Shown here piece by piece: positions 63,101-64,000 of a DNA stretch of 64,000 nucleotides (the stretch's first letter is position 1; every line of letters begins with the position of its first letter). The translations under genes and the position numbers were made by a program. The notes under the pieces are model-generated. The model saw only the letters and a list, made by a program, of their open reading frames with translations. It was not told where the DNA came from and ran no database searches. The stretch is taken from contig OZ316898.1 of assembly GCA_973895155.1 (NCBI GenBank), forward strand, positions 9,886,286-9,950,285, given 5' to 3'. Origin of the DNA: Marsupella aquatica (Eukaryota; Plantae; Marchantiophyta).

Positions 63101-63439
63101 TCACTTGCATCCTTTTTCAGATGTACATTCCTCCAGCATTAGGAGCTCCAGCCTTACCACTCCATAGTGCTGCTGCATGGCATCCAGACCAGGTGCACTT
63201 ACCGCTGTCCAACACTCACCACTTCAGTCCAAGTGTTGGGGGGGAGGAGGTCCCTTGTAATGTGGCTGACATTATTTCTGAGTTTCATGGTGTGGACCAC
63301 TTCAAATCAGCAGGTACAACAGGCCTTGGAGAGGCCTCATTACCTTATGAGCAGCATGCTAGCAGCTTGGACAGTGGAGAGGCTGGCACTTCTGGCTCTT
63401 CAAGCACGAGTACATCAGGTCCTATTCCTAGTGTTGCCA

Positions 63440-64000
63440 ACTACACATTTATCATGGGCAACCACCTGAGTAAAAGACAGAAGGACCAGCTGCTGAATTT
63501 TCTCCTCAAGCATGAGAATGTGTTTGCTTTCTCTATGAAGGACTTGGGTAAGTGCAAGACTATGCAGTTCTCCATTGAGTTGGCTGATGAAACACCTATC
63601 TTTAGGCGGAGACACCGTTTGAGTAAGCATGAGTGGCAGCTGGTGGATGAGAGGTGCCAAGAGCTTTATGAAGCTGGTCTTATTCAGCCATCTACATCAG
63701 ATTTTGCAGCAGCTACAGTGATGCCAGCAAAGAAGGATTCCAGTGGATTGTGGACAGAGAAGCGCATGTGTGGGGACTACAGGCCATTGAACCTGGTACC
63801 CCATGCCGCGGCCAGAGGAGCTATTTGACAGCATTGGAGACTCAGACATCTTCACTCTTGTGGATCTAAGGCAAGGCTTCAACCAGATTTTGCTACTTGC
63901 AAAGGACCGTAAGAAAACAGCTTTCCATGGTAGTAACCAACTATGGGAGTGGTTGGTGATGCCATTTGGCTTGAAGAATGCGCCCATATTCTTTCAAAGA
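63440..64000 (+). pseudogene. Ty3/gypsy reverse transcriptase (N-terminal part, frameshifted)
   Basis: VFAFSMKDLG, ELYEAGLIQPSTSDFAA, KKD..RMCGDYRPLN, then a frameshift at ~63795, then YPMPRPEELFD..IFTLVDLRQGFNQI..DRKKTAF..MPFGLKNAP. Confidence 0.93.

Larger units (their letters stand above)
57185..64000 (+). mobile_element. Ty3/gypsy-type LTR retrotransposon encoding a C5-cytosine DNA methyltransferase (runs off the window)
   Basis: Gag, protease, DNMT and RT lie in one frame (59068-63795), with gypsy-type RT motifs. A GC/CpG-rich, repeat-containing upstream region is presumed LTR/leader; the 5' boundary is approximate. Confidence 0.85.

Noticed and set aside
59068-64000. DIRS/tyrosine-recombinase element (these can carry methyltransferases)
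   Set aside because: An aspartic protease is present, RT motifs are gypsy-like, and the MTase is C5-type and upstream of RT. Integrase vs recombinase lies outside the window, so this is not formally excluded.

Overview
Eukaryotic, TE-rich land-plant DNA (probably a bryophyte or other early-diverging plant; this is inferred from gene content and intron style, not proven). There are two intact spliced host genes, both on the minus strand: an EamA/DMT transporter (9 coding exons) and a membrane-anchored UDP-glucuronate decarboxylase (UXS, 7 exons) whose first intron is a U12-type AT-AC intron. There is also an ankyrin-kinase (ILK/VIK-like) pseudogene. Most of the rest is mobile DNA: a pogo/Tc1-mariner-like TIR element (623-5194), a decayed CRE-type non-LTR retrotransposon split by a MITE, a complete PIF/Harbinger-type element (11009-16924, AAT TSD) carrying an unexpected third gene resembling the RPA1 C-terminal zinc-OB fold, an internally deleted Copia element, probable solo LTRs and many tandem arrays. 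The standout is the Ty3/gypsy-type retrotransposon at the right end (from about 57.2 kb, running off the window). Its single reading frame runs Gag (2 zinc knuckles), aspartic protease, a complete C5-cytosine DNA methyltransferase domain, then reverse transcriptase, so the retroelement encodes its own DNA methyltransferase inside the polyprotein.
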